Part shown: positions 37,692 through 50,861 of the stretch, piece after piece
How the letters are laid out: every line of letters begins with the position of its first letter
How positions within the stretch are numbered: the first letter of the stretch is position 1
Origin: Oikopleura dioica
Lineage: Eukaryota; Animalia; Chordata
Assembly: GCA_907165135.1 (NCBI GenBank)
Contig: OU015566.1
Location: forward strand, 11,594,001 to 11,658,000
Direction: 5' to 3'
Length of the DNA: 64,000 nucleotides
Translations under genes and position numbers: made by a program
Notes under the pieces: generated by a model
The model's database searches: none
Told to the model about the DNA's origin: nothing
What the model saw: only the letters and a program-made list of their open reading frames with translations

Positions 37692-40600
37692 ATGAAGCTT
37701 TGGAGTTTATGCGGTTTATTTTCGGAACGGATCGAAAAGAAAATGTCTTTTGCAGACAATTTGCGATAAGATTTTAATAAAAAATCGTTTTTATTATTAA
37801 TTATTTTTTCCTATTTTCTCGATCCTAGACAAAGTCGATACGAGCATATGCAGATCCGGAATCATGTGGCCCGCTCAAATATGGCAAAGTGATTTCGACA
37901 GAAAGAAATAAAGTAGCCTTTGCGGATAATTTTGGGATAAGTGTCGATTTTCTCAAAAATGACGGATGGAATGATTATTCTATTGGTACGTCCATTCGTT
38001 CTGATTTTAACTTTGAACTCTTCTCGACAGATTTTGTTAAGAAATCATTTTTCACGCCTATTTTAGTGATAAATGGTCAGTACAAAGGGCTGATGTTAAC
38101 GTCCACAAACGGTATCTCAAAACCTACCGGTGCTTTCAAACTGACAAGTCTGGCACAGCGCCAGCACCAGCCACTAAAGTGTACGATCCCGAGGGACACG
38201 GTGCGCACACGTAATGTCGACTCCCTTAAAAACGGACCGTTTAAATTTGACTGGAAGGGCTCATGCTCGGACAAGGTCAAATTTCATATTTACGGAAGGG
38301 CTCACTATTTTTCGCAAACTAAATTTTTTGACCAATAAATTTTTGATGAAAAAAGTTTATGAAAAAATCGAAAGATAAAGAGCCTAAAAAAGTCTCCAAT
38401 ACAAATGGATTGTGGAATGAACTTCAAATGAGCTGCAGTGACGCTCAAGAATTCAAGGAAAGAGTTTGAAACTATCAACTTTTAGACATCAAAACCAACA
38501 ATTTCAAGCATTTTTCATTTAAATATTGACAAGTTCCCATTATGGCTTTATAAAATTTGAAACTCTACAAAGGCACATTTGATGGAAGTCGTCCAGTTGA
38601 AGTTCGCCAACACCCCAAAGCGAAAAGAGCCGCGTTCGTTTCCCCGATCGTGGCGAACGGCGGCGCAGGCCGCGTCGACGGTACGTACAGACAGCCGCCT
38701 GAAGAGAAGCGTTTCCGTAGTCCAGTCGTTTAACTCATCACCAACCAGAACAAATGCAAACTTTGTAAGCGTCCAATCCACGCGAGAATCAAAGCATCTA
38801 AAATGACATTTCAAAATCATGCTTATTGCGCCGTTTTTTGTGTGTTTCGATCAAAAAAGGAGCCCTTTAGAAAAAGGAGCGCCTTGAATTTTATTTTCCT
38901 TCCGCGACAGGAATTTGACGTTTCAATTCTGGTCTGATGGTATCTACAGAAATCTTCATTTTAAGACTTGCCTCTTGAAAACGATGAGAAAGCGAGTCGA
39001 AAACATACCTATTTGCTTCCCTTCTTCGTTTTGACCATCGTCTTAAAATTAAGGTCCTCTGTAGTTCTAGTTTGAGATACAGCTTTGGAATTCCAACAGT
39101 ATCTCAATAATTTTCTGTTTTAACTTCGGTAGAGCTTGGAGGTAGAAACGCTTTTTAAGCATCCTTTTTCTTTGTTTAATTTTTTTAACTCAGGTTCGAC
39201 GATTGTACGAGTGGACTGAGTGGGAAAACTGGTCCCAGTGTACTGGAAAATGTGGTCAAGAAGGGTATCACAATAGAAAAAGGTCTTGTCGGTCGAAGGA
39301 AACAAATGAAGTCGCAGCTCTAGTCAGCGCTTGTCCCGGAGAAGCTAGAGAACTTGGCACTTGCGTCAGAACCGAATGCCCTGGTAAGACTCTCTTATTC
39401 GACCGTCGCTAAAAACTGCTCTAGAATGGAACAAATGGGGAGAATGGTCTGGTTGTTCACAAACTTGCGGCTCTGGCGTCATGTCTCGCAGACGATACTG
39501 TCTCAACGGTTCCGGCTGTCCAGGAGAGCCACAAGAAAAGAAGACTTGCAATACTTCTGAGTGTCCAAGACAAGGAAAGCAAGAACAAGGAGATACTGCC
39601 AATCTCTGCAAGGACAATTATCCCTACTGCGCAAAGTGGATGTAAGTATTGATGATTCGTATGTTTGGTTATTTTATATAAAAAAAATTGTTTTATATAG
39701 GATTTGATAAAGATAACGTGGTATGACGTCAATTTATTTTAATTCGTGGGCACCTTTGATATTCGAAAACTGCTGACAAAGAAAAGAGAGAGTCGTGGTT
39801 TTTTATGTTTATTATCTAAGAAGGAGTCGTGTTTACAAGTGGGTGAAGGTTTATTTAGGAACTCTGGTTATTGCGAGGGGAACTTTGCTTCTTGGATGGA
39901 ACAGGAGTGCAAGGAGAGTTGCGGTTTATGTAAGAAGACACTAAGTGCTACAGCAGAGGATTGCGTCGATCACTACCAAAACAGCTGCTGGAGGTGGGAA
40001 CAGGAAGGAAAATGTGATCACCCACAGAAACAGGTATCAGTCTAAATTATCCATCTGAAGTGTCCGGATAACCCGAGTCGTGTTTTTATGCTTCCGTTTT
40101 GACAGAGGCCGTTTATTTAATATAACACCCTTTGGATTGGGAGCGCTAAGGAGGACCGTGTAGTTCTCGCATTTGGGGGTGTCTAGCTTAAAACTGACCA
40201 GTGAGAGCTTGCCGTCACTCTCTGGGTCTGATAGGTCCTCAGACGGAGACCCCGAAGAGCAAGAGTGAAATCGTATGTCTTGAATTGGTATATTACTTTT
40301 TTGTTGACGCTGATCATGCACTTGCACTTGCACATTTGTTGCATGGGAAATTCTTGTTGCAGCCGGTTGTAGAACGACAGTATTTTTTCTTTCGGCCTCG
40401 TCTCTAGCCGCATTGTGTATAACAATAGAAGGAGGATGACTTCGAGGTTGATTTTGATTTTGATCAACCTTGTTCGTGCAGCAGCCTCCTCCACACATAT
40501 TAATTAATATTTTTCCTGGTTTTCTTCGGTTTCCGCAACAAGAAAGCAGTTCGGTGAGCATCAGTAAAAAAGTATAGTTGCACTTAAATCTAAGGACTCT

Positions 40601-40804
40601 AGACTAAGCATGGCAAGCGTACCGAGGAAGGCTTTTGTCGAAGGAGAGTAAATGTTAGCTTTTTTCGTATCTCTCCTGAATCGGGGACTTTCCCAAAAAT
40701 TGTCAAAGTTTATGGCTAATTAAATATATTTTCAGTTGAAAGCCTTTGTCCGCACCAAGTGCAAAAAGAGCTGCGGATTCTGCGATCCGGATGTGGACCA
40801 CTAA
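37692..40804 (+). CDS. Secreted protein with 2 TSP1 repeats and 2 ShKT domains (possible upstream CUB-like region)
   Basis: WTEWENWSQCTGKCG and WNKWGEWSGCSQTCG (TSP1); CKDNYPYCAKW|MNSGYC..CKESCGLC and CVDHYQNSC..|..CKKSCGFC (ShKT), exons 39194-40804. The 5' part (MKLWSLCGLFS at 37692, ORF 37889-38338, NLTFQFWSDG near 38915) is less certain. Confidence 0.8.
40037..40561 (-). CDS. Intronless 174-aa ORF nested antisense in the last intron of the TSP1/ShKT gene
   Basis: ATG-to-stop ORF fills 525 of the 702 nt intron 40034-40735; no recognisable domain. Confidence 0.55.
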   Translation of the reverse strand: MLTELLSCCGNRRKPGKILINMCGGGCCTNKVDQNQNQPRSHPPSIVIHNAARDEAERKNTVVLQPAATRISHATNVQVQVHDQRQQKSNIPIQDIRFHSCSSGSPSEDLSDPESDGKLSLVSFKLDTPKCENYTVLLSAPNPKGVILNKRPLSKRKHKNTTRVIRTLQMDNLD

Positions 40805-41041
40805 TCGAGCGCTAGAACAAATTGCTTCAAAACCTGTGTCTGTACAAAACCCTTTCAATTCCACTTCTGCCAAAGCAAAGCTTCACGACAGTTGAAACTT
40901 TCCACGCATACTCATTTGACTGTAAATAAAGCAAACCTACAGTATAATGAAGTGACATTGAGAAAATCTGGGAGGAATCGATAGTTACTAATTAGCTTGC
41001 TTTGGAGTGCGCGAAAAAGGATTCACTTTAATGTGATTGTA

Positions 41042-43643
41042 ATGAATCTGATTGATAGAACTCAATTTTGGAGAAAAGTGAGAGAGTCTACTTTTTGTAG
41101 AAATGAAAGTTCGAGACTTGAAGACATCAGTGAAGAGGACCTGCTAGGTGATCGACAAGGCAGAGATTTTTATCTCCAACTGAGAGGGAAGCCCTTATTT
41201 TTAGGACTAAGAGATCTCAAAAAAGATGCATTTCAAATTCTAAAAACGTGGTGGAACGGCGTCCGAATGAAGAAACCACAACTCAAGTTCCTGGAGATAA
41301 ACCAGACAGACTACAAAACACTCGAGGATGGTAAGTTTTGGATGTTATCTCTTTTTCGAGAAAACCTTCGAATTGTCGAATTAGACAAAAGACTCATTAT
41401 TTTTCGGTGAAAGCGGTAAATCATTTATTCCCGTCTCTAAGAAAAAATAGGAAATCGGCTCTTGCCATAAATTTAAACGGTCAAAAGGCAATTTTTCGAG
41501 AGAAAAGTGCATGAGAATTGCTAAAAGAATGAATTGTAAAAAGGAGAGTTGCATTTATTTCAAAATAAAAGCCTTTTTACCCATAAAATCTTTAAAAACT
41601 AAACTTTGTTTCGGTAAATTCAGGAAAAAAGTCACAAACTTAATTTCTCAGTGAAGAATTAACCTTCGGCTAAGGACGGATTATTCAAGTCCGAGAAAAC
41701 GCCAAGTCATTAATTGGGATGAAATATTCAATATTGAAGTGGGAGTTAGTGTTGAATAAACGACACCTTCTTTCTTACTACCGTCGCTCCTGCGCGGGGC
41801 CTCGTCCAAAACATTTTATTAGAACTCAGTAGAGACACTCAATTTCAGTAATAAAGAGATCCAATATTGTCAGTCCATAAGAGGAAAAAATAAACTTTCA
41901 AATGAGCAAAAAGAAAAGTTTCCAACAATGCAGATTTTTTCCCTTGTCAAATACTTTTTAAACAAAAAATTGCAATTGAAAGTTGAGAAAAAAAAAACTT
42001 TTTTTTCTTAGATATTATCAAAAATAAAAGTTTAAATTTCAAGACTTTAACAATAAGATCTTCATCGATTTTTAAAGCCTTCACTTTCGAACTTGAGTTT
42101 AGAATCTGAACTTTAGAACCCTTAACTTAATTATTTTTTGATGCAAACTCGACTAAGAGATATACCCTGAAACTGCCCCGTGCAAGCAAACCTCATACCC
42201 AAGGTAAATTAAATTTACAAGCCTCTTCATTTTCATAGTTCATTCCCAAGTCAAAATCAAATTTCGAAGGTAATTTTTCTTGCGCATAGTAAATGCCCTA
42301 ACAATACAATTTGCCGGCGAGTCACGAGGATACTAGGTGCCTCGCATTAAAATTAGAAGCGGGAAAGTAGATGGGGAGGGGAATTCACCGCGTGGCAGAA
42401 TAAAGAATATATGAGCCTGGATACAAGTCGGGCCAGATATTTGCTCAAAATATCACATAATTTAGAAGAGATGGACAAGAACGACTTGGAAGCCGTGCTG
42501 AAAATGGGTAAGGAAAATAGTTACGGACTTCGTCCCTGAATATAAATAGAATAGTTGTCAGAGTTTAGGGGTCTACCTGTCGATAATCAGAAATGAGAGC
42601 GACTATTTCAATTTTAATTCTGTTCCAACTTCCTTTCTATTATTTTTTCATTAAAATTAATAAGAATTCAAGCGTAATTTAAAAAGAAGAATCCCAAAAA
42701 AATAGTTAATTTAGATCAATATTAGGATAAAAAGGGTTTATCATTTTTAAACCCCTTCGAATAACATGTTCCTTGGTCATATCACTACTAGATTTTTTGT
42801 TTTTATCGACAGAGGGGTCCTTAATGAAATCTTGTGATCGAGTAATAGAGTGTTGTTTTAGTAAACGTGTCGTTGGCGCACTACTACGAGTTCTCGTCAA
42901 TTTGGAGGAGCTTCAATTCGAATTACGACGCGCAGGTAATTTTTCCAAATCATCGCCACCGCGCTGTGCGGGCACCACCGCACGGAATCACGCGTCATGT
43001 AATTTTGAGGCTTCGCCGCGCCGCCACGATGCCTTCATACAACTCGACAATTTAACCAAGTTCTTGCAAATCGCCGTGCCATTTTACAACAATCTCCTCG
43101 AAGCTGACTTGCAGCTAGGTAAGACTGTAACTCCTGCTAATTCAAACACTCCTTCAAAGTTCGCGACATGGCAATTCCAGTAATGAAAATCGGCTCCTCA
43201 AAGAAACTGCATAGAATAGATGTAACCATCGCTCTCTTAAAACTCACAGAAGGCTACAGTCATCTTTCGCCAGAAGAGTAACAAGCCTACAAAACTTCTT
43301 CGCTAAAATCTTTTTAGAGAAAATGATTTCTTGGCGAAAATGGGTCGCCTGATGTCCCTTAGATTTCCGACAAGGAAGCAAATGGAAGGTTACGTTGTTT
43401 CGGGACGGATTTTATACAAGAAATGACACTTTTTCCTGAAAATTAACTTTTATGAAATCAAGGAAGACAACAACAGAAGAATTCGCCATGTTACCTATCA
43501 AGAAGAAAAAGAGACGGCCGAGTCTAAAAGCTCGTCTGGAAAATATGCGAAATAGTATTTTCAGGGTAATTTAGATCAAACTCATGCAATACTAGTACTA
43601 GCAATTTCAGTATACTTCGCGAGACGACTCGACTGAAAGCTGA
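41042..43643 (+). CDS. Uncharacterised multi-exon gene
   Basis: ATG exon 41042-~41331 ending in G|GTAAG; several protein-like exons with canonical sites (~42359-42507, ~42853-42934, ~43011-43118, 43611-43643). Full exon chain not resolved; no family recognised. Confidence 0.45.
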
Positions 43644-44234
43644 TATCTTGAAGAAAAAAATTGCAAAAATGAATAAATGAACAGGGCTCGTTTCAGTTTG
43701 TTATCAATTTGCGAAACGCATCAATTTCTCGTTATGATTTCTGCGGTCGCTGAGGCAATGTGAACATTTTTGACAATGAACCAAAATCGGACGAAAATAG
43801 AGTTGACATGATTCGCAGGTTAACGAAAACGTGTCCTTTGATAATCACCCGCCGAGTCAGCAGTAATTGAAAGTGCACTTTTATTGAACATCAAGGAAAG
43901 TAATTCACAGGCTCAATCGAAAGAGTTGTCAATAAGGCCTTAATTTGATCAATTTGAATGCGGATTTCGCTGAAGGAAGAATCAAAATTGACATTATTGG
44001 CAACTCCGATCTACGAGCGCACTTGTCCGGCAGCTTTGAAGCAATCGTTTTAGGATTCCAATGGTGATCGAAACTATTCCAGCTTTTTATGCATCAAAAC
44101 TTTCCTTCAAAGATAAATTTAACGAAAAAATTTTAATGATTCCTGAAATGAGAAATATTGATTGTTTCCGAACATCAGGCGGAGTATAAAACTTTTCTTC
44201 AACTGTATAAAAAAGACCTTGAGCAGCGATGAAA

Positions 44235-44685
44235 TTATGGACAGAAAGAGCTGCAGTAGTAGATTATGGTAACGCTGTTTCCTATCGAGCCGCACATGAT
44301 CAAAAATGTGCCGAAAGTCATCATCAAACAGAGAAATGAAGTCGCCAGACTGCTGTATTCGATTTCGTTAAAACGCTCGTAGAAACCGTTCCCACGAGGC
44401 ACAAGAGCCCTTCCTGAGATCATCTACTTCTTCTGCGACCAGTTCTGCTTCTCCACTAGAAATTGCACTAGAGAAACTTCTTGTAAAACTGCTCGAGGCC
44501 TATTTTTTCTCGTTCAAAAAGGGGGAAACGCCAATTTTATAAGAGAGACTAATGAACATTTTCCTGACTGGCGCGGCCAGAAGCCACCAAATTTGACAAG
44601 TTTTGAGATAGTTAAAAGGTTTATCTAAAATTACTGCAAAAGTTAGCGTTTTAACTGTCTTTTGATAGTAGTCCATCGTTCTCAT
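44235..44685 (-). CDS. Possible small membrane-protein gene
   Basis: Two ORFs can be joined through 30- and 34-nt GT-AG introns; hydrophobic segment with GSIGNSVTII. Weak. Confidence 0.25.
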
Positions 44686-45380
44686 TCTCTTTCTCTATTT
44701 CACTCGTATTTTAAAGGAGTACTCGTCAGTGCTTGGTCAAGTCTTTATAATGAAAAATCATTTTTGTCAATAATGAAATAAAATTCATTATTCAAATGTG
44801 TCCTTGCAGTAACCCATCTGCGCTCATCAGAATACTTTTTTGGCTCTCACTGCAGAACCATGCAGCCTGTCATTATAAGTCCCTTAATTTATTTATTTAA
44901 TTATCGATGAAATAACCTAATTTAAACTCATTCCTTTTCTTTCTGTATTTTTCCCAGAGCCCATTCATATATTGCAAGAATTCCCATCAAGCATTCATCT
45001 TTGAAAGTTATTTTTCCTACCAAAATTTCGGTCCTGCAACGAGTAAGATAGAAACAATCGGACTGTAAAATAAGACTCATTTTACAGCCAGCAAAATAAG
45101 ATGCAATTGATATTTCATGGCGCCTGACATAAATCATTGCGCAACATTTATTAGTGTTGATGGACAGTGAAACGGCTGTATTCATAAGTGCATTAAAAGA
45201 AGAAATTCCAACAATGCACAGGCATAAATTTTGATCTATGATAATCAATTTCAATACGACGGGGCATATTCTACTGTTTCAAGCCACTTGGCTCTTTTTT
45301 TTTGTTTTGAAAAGAAGTGTAGGATAAAAAGAGAGAGAGAGGGGGATAAAATGCTAGTTTAGGAAAGATGAAAAATTCTT

Positions 45381-46955
45381 CTATCGGGAGCCACTTCGAG
45401 ATCGGGATCGCGACTTGCTTCGGGATCGGGAGCGGTCTCGGGAGGCGGATCGATCGCGGCTCTTGCTGCGGCTTCGGTCGCGAGAGGCAGAGCGCGATTT
45501 TGCTGGAGATTTGTTGCTAGAATTGATTTTAAGAACAAGTTGGTAGAAAGCTTCTCTTACCCAGACGCGCTGCGTTCTCTTCGCTTGTCAGGAGTTCGCG
45601 AGCGTCGTGGAGATCGAGATCTAGGAAGAGTTTAAGACACTTGTTAGTTGAGAATAAAGCGATACCGATTAGGTGATCGACTTTTATTCCTTCGATCTCT
45701 CGATCGGCTTCGGTACCGGTTATATGAAGGAGATCGTCGTCGACGTCCTCCGGAGCGGGATCGGGAACGAGATCGTCGTCCTCGAGATCGGCTGCGGGAT
45801 CGTCTTCGGTCTCGGGATCGAGAACGCGATCGTCTAAAAACGGCTTTAGAGAACGAAAGAAAGAAAAAAGAATTATAAAAGCATAATCTTTGACTTTTAT
45901 GACAAACAGAAGGAAATGAAGAACCATCCTTTGGGTGAAAAATAAAGCGTGCGATCTTCATTTCGTTCTGTTGATAATAATCTTTAAAATCATGATTTTT
46001 CGATAATTCAACGAAAATTAATGAATCCACCGTAACGCTAATTTTCAGGCCAAAGCAAAAAGAATGATAAGTGACTTGATAAATGTAAAAAAGGGATTCT
46101 AGTTCTTTGACAATTTTAAATCTTTTCTAATCATGAAATTAGGCACTATACATTACACCACGAATGTTGAGAGTTGGATGAATTTGGCGCTGTTTGGTGG
46201 TGGCGTGAAGTTATTGACTGTTATAGAAGACTACGTAGCCGAATAGGAATTGTAGATTTTGATGGTTTTTGGAGGTTTCAAAATTGGTGAGTTTCGAAAG
46301 TGGGCGACTTTTCCCGAGCGCGTTGGTGGGAAAGATGGAAGAGTGGGCTGTTTTCAATTAAAGCTGAGGAGCCGAAAAGGCAGAAGGGCATTTCGAAGTC
46401 GGGAGATCACTCTCCCGGCAGACTCTCTTGAAGAAGGAAGGATGGATTTGGAGGAGGCAGATCTGCAAGAGGAGGATCGAGAAAAATCGACTCCACTGGA
46501 GATGGAAGAACTAACCTTCGGTTTTCTCGTCGGCGACCGTGGGACAGCTCGACCTTCAATCGACGACCAAACACGGTTCTAAAGACATGTTTGGCTACGG
46601 GAACCAAAGAAAAAGAGTTTACCGTCCATCAAGATCACGGATGGCATCCTTTGCGTCGCGGGGATCTTCGAATTCGACGTATCCGAATCCTGGCGGTCGT
46701 CGAGCGATCCAAACAGACACCAACTTGCCGTAGTAGCCCATTTCTTTCTCGACTTCGGCCGTGCTTGGTGGGTGCGAGCCGAGGTTACCAAGGTACACCT
46801 TTTTGAGAGTTCAGTCATATTCTTCCTCACAAAAATTTCCAATATTTTCAATAATTATATGGCATTAAAAATACAATTCTTTGCCAATATAGTTTTCAAA
46901 ACAACTTATTTTTGAACCGTTCCTTGGTGTCACTTGATCCGGTATCTCGCGACAT
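45381..46955 (-). CDS. SRSF3: SR splicing factor, SRSF3/SRSF7 family (RRM + RS domain, no zinc knuckle seen)
   Basis: [11 protein letters not shown]|[38 protein letters not shown]|[14 protein letters not shown], then three RS exons; first intron is GA-AG (46922-46799). Confidence 0.9.
46354..46462 (-). other. Candidate poison (PTC-containing) cassette exon in the SRSF3/7 gene
   Basis: Strong pyrimidine-rich CAG acceptor 53 nt into the 682-nt post-RRM intron; in-frame stop after 36 codons. Its donor was not identified. Confidence 0.55.
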
Positions 46956-47378
46956 TGTCCTACTTTACTTCTCAATTTCTCAGTCTAAAAACGCGATTTT
47001 TTGAAATATCCAGTTTGCAAGTTTTCTACAAATGAGCCTTTTTTCTAGATACGGTCGATTTCTTTCAATTTCTCGTCGCATCCGAGCGAGTTTCGCGCCA
47101 TTCGATAGCAACGATAAATTTCGACCAACGAGAGCGCTACGATTGTGCGTAGGTGAGGAAGGGAGCGAAGGGAAAATGCTTTTGTCAAGTATGGATTGAT
47201 TTCGGGCGCAAATACGGGTCATTGAGGCGGAAAAATAATAATCGTCAGGTTCTTTTTTCCTGTGTTTTGTATTTTGTAGTAAAGTTTGGAGGAGTTTTGA
47301 AAAATAGAGAAAACATAAGGAATGCACTCAAGTAGGCAGGGCTTGATGTTCTTTATCAAAAAGAAAAAACTGATCATT

Positions 47379-48027
47379 TCATTCTTGAGTCAGTATTTGT
47401 TTGAACCATTGAGTGCAGAGTGCTAATGCTACTGGACGCCGAGCTTGGGACTTCTTCGAACTCGTTGTGCTGATAAGCGTGTGTGTATCGCATGGTTTTG
47501 TTGTACTTGTCCAGCTTTGATAAGGTTTCTCGCACAAAGGTTGGCGCTTTTGATTCGTCGAATGGAAAGTGCTCCCTTCTGTACGAAAGGATCTAGAATC
47601 CAGCGCTAATTTCAGCGATTAGGAAAGCAATCTACCTTTTGAAATATTCCATGTCTTCTTCAGAACTTTGCGGATGCAGCGGTACTGGTTGAACAATCCT
47701 TGGCGGCTCATTTACACTAGAATCTTCAGCTGCGAAGGGATCGTGAGTGTCCGTCGAAGCGTCAATTCTACCATCCCATCTGATAGGCTCAGTTTGTGGA
47801 ACCTCGAAGCCCCGAATGAGCTCGAGCTGCTGCTTTTCCCACTTTTTCGGGTGCTCGCTTGAAACTTTATATCTAAAAACTTTAAAAACAAGGAAGAGAG
47901 GTTAGTTTTCTAACCGGAGCTTGGCGAGTTCGTAATTTCGCTCCCTCAATTCGTCATCCATTCTCGCCAATTCATCTTCTTGCTCTTGAGTCAGTTCATC
48001 GCTCGTACCGACTGTCGGCACTTTCAT
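47379..48027 (-). CDS. Uncharacterised protein, 3 exons
   Basis: MKVPTVGTSDELTQEQEDELARMDDELRERNYELAKLR|EHPKKWEKQQ..MEYFKR|..; GT-AG introns; frame of last exon uncertain. Confidence 0.6.
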
Positions 48028-48403
48028 TCTTCGAAACGATTAACAAAACAAGCCCTAAAGAACAAAAATAATGAAAAACTCTAGTTTGAATAAAAATACA
48101 GTTTTGTATTTTTTACACCGCAGAAACGCTCGTTTTTGAAGCAAAAAATCAACAAAAAATCATCAAATGTACAAAAATTAAAATAATCACTAATAAAAAG
48201 GCTGAGCACAACTGTGCATTTGCAAACTAGAATTATTATCAGAAGCTACAGGTAGTTTTTCAAATGAGAGGAGACAAAAGTAAAATAAAGAATTGAAAAA
48301 GTCTACAGAAAGCAAGTTCAGATGTCAATGAATAGAAATAAGAGTTGAAAATAGGTTAACTTTGTTACTTTGAAAAGAAATTAATTTGTCAGGAAAAATG
48401 GAA

Positions 48404-49965
48404 CTAAAATTCCTCCTCGATGCTTTCTCGGAGGTATTTGTCGTAGAGAGCTTCTTTCTTCGGTAAGAAAGTTTCCATCACGTGTTTGGACTTGCGCTGA
48501 AGCTCCTTTTTCTTCTGACGAGGAATGGTCGGTCTGGAACGAGTTGCGAATTTATACAGAATGAAGATCATCACCCACAAGAAGATGAGTGACTTTATGA
48601 CTAAAAAGAAACGCATAAGAATCCAGAAGTCTAACTCCTTTCTACCTGTATTTTGCATGCTTGAGGGAAAAACATGAACAAGTTTTAAAAACGGATCCCT
48701 TTCAGCGAACTGTAAATAGTCGCAAAAGCCAGGATTGTCTTTTGGCGCAGAACATAAAATACTTCTTATTTGGTTCGTAAACGTCAATGAAGGTAGTAGA
48801 AACAAAAAGGCACTGTAAAATATCCATCTAGCGTTGTTCTTCAAATTGTGAGCGCGATTATTATCGTCTGTTTCGATGGCTTTTTCGACATTCTTCGCGA
48901 TATTTTCACTAGAATCATGCTCGAGCAAGGAAGGAATAAAACGGTTTACCAGTCGGCTTCAAGAGTATTTAGAGTGGTCTGGATGGTCATGTTGATTGTC
49001 TTTTCGATTTCAAGGCACACTTTGTTGATTTGATTTATTCCTGTGTCGTCCGACTTCTTTTTTTCTTCGATGAAAATTGTCGGCATATCTTATCAGGGTT
49101 GACTTTAAAGGCTTAGAAGACATAGAAGAGAATAAAAACCCAATTTATATAAAAAAAATGGAACCCGTTCACGAAGCAAGTCTTATTCAAGCTCGGCCGT
49201 CGACACAGCTCTTGAACAATCTGCATCAACACCCGCTGCCGATCACATTCGTCACCAGCTTCGTCTGCCTTGGACAGAAAATACCTCAACTTCGGGTGGT
49301 GTTTTTCTGATAATGCTTCAACCACGTCCAGGGTTCTCTTACACAGAGCTTGGCCGATGGGGTCGAAAAAAACGAGAATCAGGTCAACCATATTTGCCGT
49401 CCAGAGAATCGCCTCGTTCACGTCGAATGGGTACTTCATGTCTCCATCGACGAGACCGGGGGTGTCGATGAAATGGACGAGCTCGGCTTGTTTCGATTTC
49501 GAAGTCGTGATTTCAGTTTGAATGTAGTTGGCCATTCCGTCGATTTTCATGATCGGCTAAATTTGATATCAACAAGGAAACAAATAGAACCTTTACCTTG
49601 AATTCAGGATAAAGATGGACAGTAGCGTTTCCGCTCAAAGTTTCGCGTTTTTTACCAGAAGTGACGATCGTAAATCCTTGCGTTTCAATGGCAACGCCTG
49701 TTCTTTGTATTTTTTCATCGATGTACCAGTTGATAAAGGATGATTTACCAGCAGAATGGTTGCCCATCAGCATAACTGTGATTTTCTTTCGAGGAGCTAA
49801 AACGATGTTGAAACATTTCGATGAAGAAAAATTATTACCAAGAAGTTTTTCTCCAAGAAGCTCCGCTACATTCGTCAGACAGTCATCTCCTTCAGTATAA
49901 ATTTCGTGACACTCACGAAGAATCTTTTCCGTGAGATCTTTACTCACTGCTTTTTGCTTCCCCAT
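48404..49965 (-). CDS. Dynamin/EHD-like GTPase with two C-terminal hydrophobic segments
   Basis: G1 MGNHSAGKSS, G2 GVAIET, G3 IDTPG, G4 SKAD; MPTIF motif; ORF 48404-48928 supplies the C-terminus through the acceptor before TGAAAAT (ADC|ENIAK). Confidence 0.88.
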
Positions 49966-50257
49966 ATTCTGGAGAATTTCAATTTCTAAAAAGGGTTTTT
50001 TGATTGATTGAATTTTCCTTGTTCTATTGGCATCAACATACAGTCATGTACAAAAAAAATATGAAAAAAGAAGATTATTCGAAGAAGAAAAAAGTAACAT
50101 TTTTGAAAAGTTGTTGTTATCGTTTTTTGTTAGGAAAGATCTTGAAGATTTGATGGAGATGTTTTCATCATGAATTGGACAGCAATAGTGTTTGTTAGGA
50201 TAGAAATTAAAATAAAAAGAAGGGAATCAACTTCATAAACCAATTTGCATCTGTTTC

Positions 50258-50801
50258 TTAACACTTGGGATAGATTATTTCGATACATCTGAGGCCGTTG
50301 TCGCATGGATTTCGAATGTGGATTTGACTCCCTCTAAAGAAAGACATGAGAATGAAGAGCAGAAGAAAAACTCACTGAAACGTCGTTGTATTTTCTTTTT
50401 CTAACAAAAGTTCCGCTTCGTGCTGGTATTTTTCATACTGCGTATTTATACACCACAAAAGTATGTATCCAGTTAGACATGCTATGCAACCCTGACAATA
50501 AGTCGCAGTAGACGAGGCCTAAGATGAGCGTTATAACGAAAATAAAACGTAAAAGCCACCTCGGCAGATGAATAAATCGTCTCCATTTGTGTGGTAACAT
50601 CTTTTAGTTGTGTGTAATGACTTCTAAGTGGCACGGGCAGCTCTGATGCGGAATTGGGAAACGTAAATGCTTGAAATACGGTAAGTCACTAACTGAAAAA
50701 TAGCAAGGTTTCATACCTATTTTATCGTTTATACTGTAGTCTCTCAATATAAAGTACTTTTCTGTCTGTGAGCCATCCAGCGGATGCAGCTCATGGGCCA
50801 T
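50258..50801 (-). CDS. GOLGA7: Golgin A7 / GCP16 (Erf4 family) palmitoyltransferase cofactor
   Basis: Spliced product contains YFILRDYS, YCQGCIACLTGYILLWCINTQYEK and NPCDNGLRCIEIIY, matching remembered GCP16 motifs FIQRDYS, YLEGCLACLT..YEK and DPIERGLRVIEI. Confidence 0.88.
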
Positions 50802-50861
50802 TCTAAAGAGGAATTTTTCAGAAATAAAATTGCATTTTGGCAGTTTTGAAGAAAGAAGACA

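Noticed and set aside
44928-45254. 108-aa TTG-started minus-strand ORF
   Set aside because: Lies just downstream of the SRSF stop (likely 3' UTR), no ATG or splice support, no motif.
45529-45927. 132-aa acidic ORF (..[15 protein letters not shown]..)
   Set aside because: Alternative frame of the RS-repeat exon of the SR protein, running through introns.
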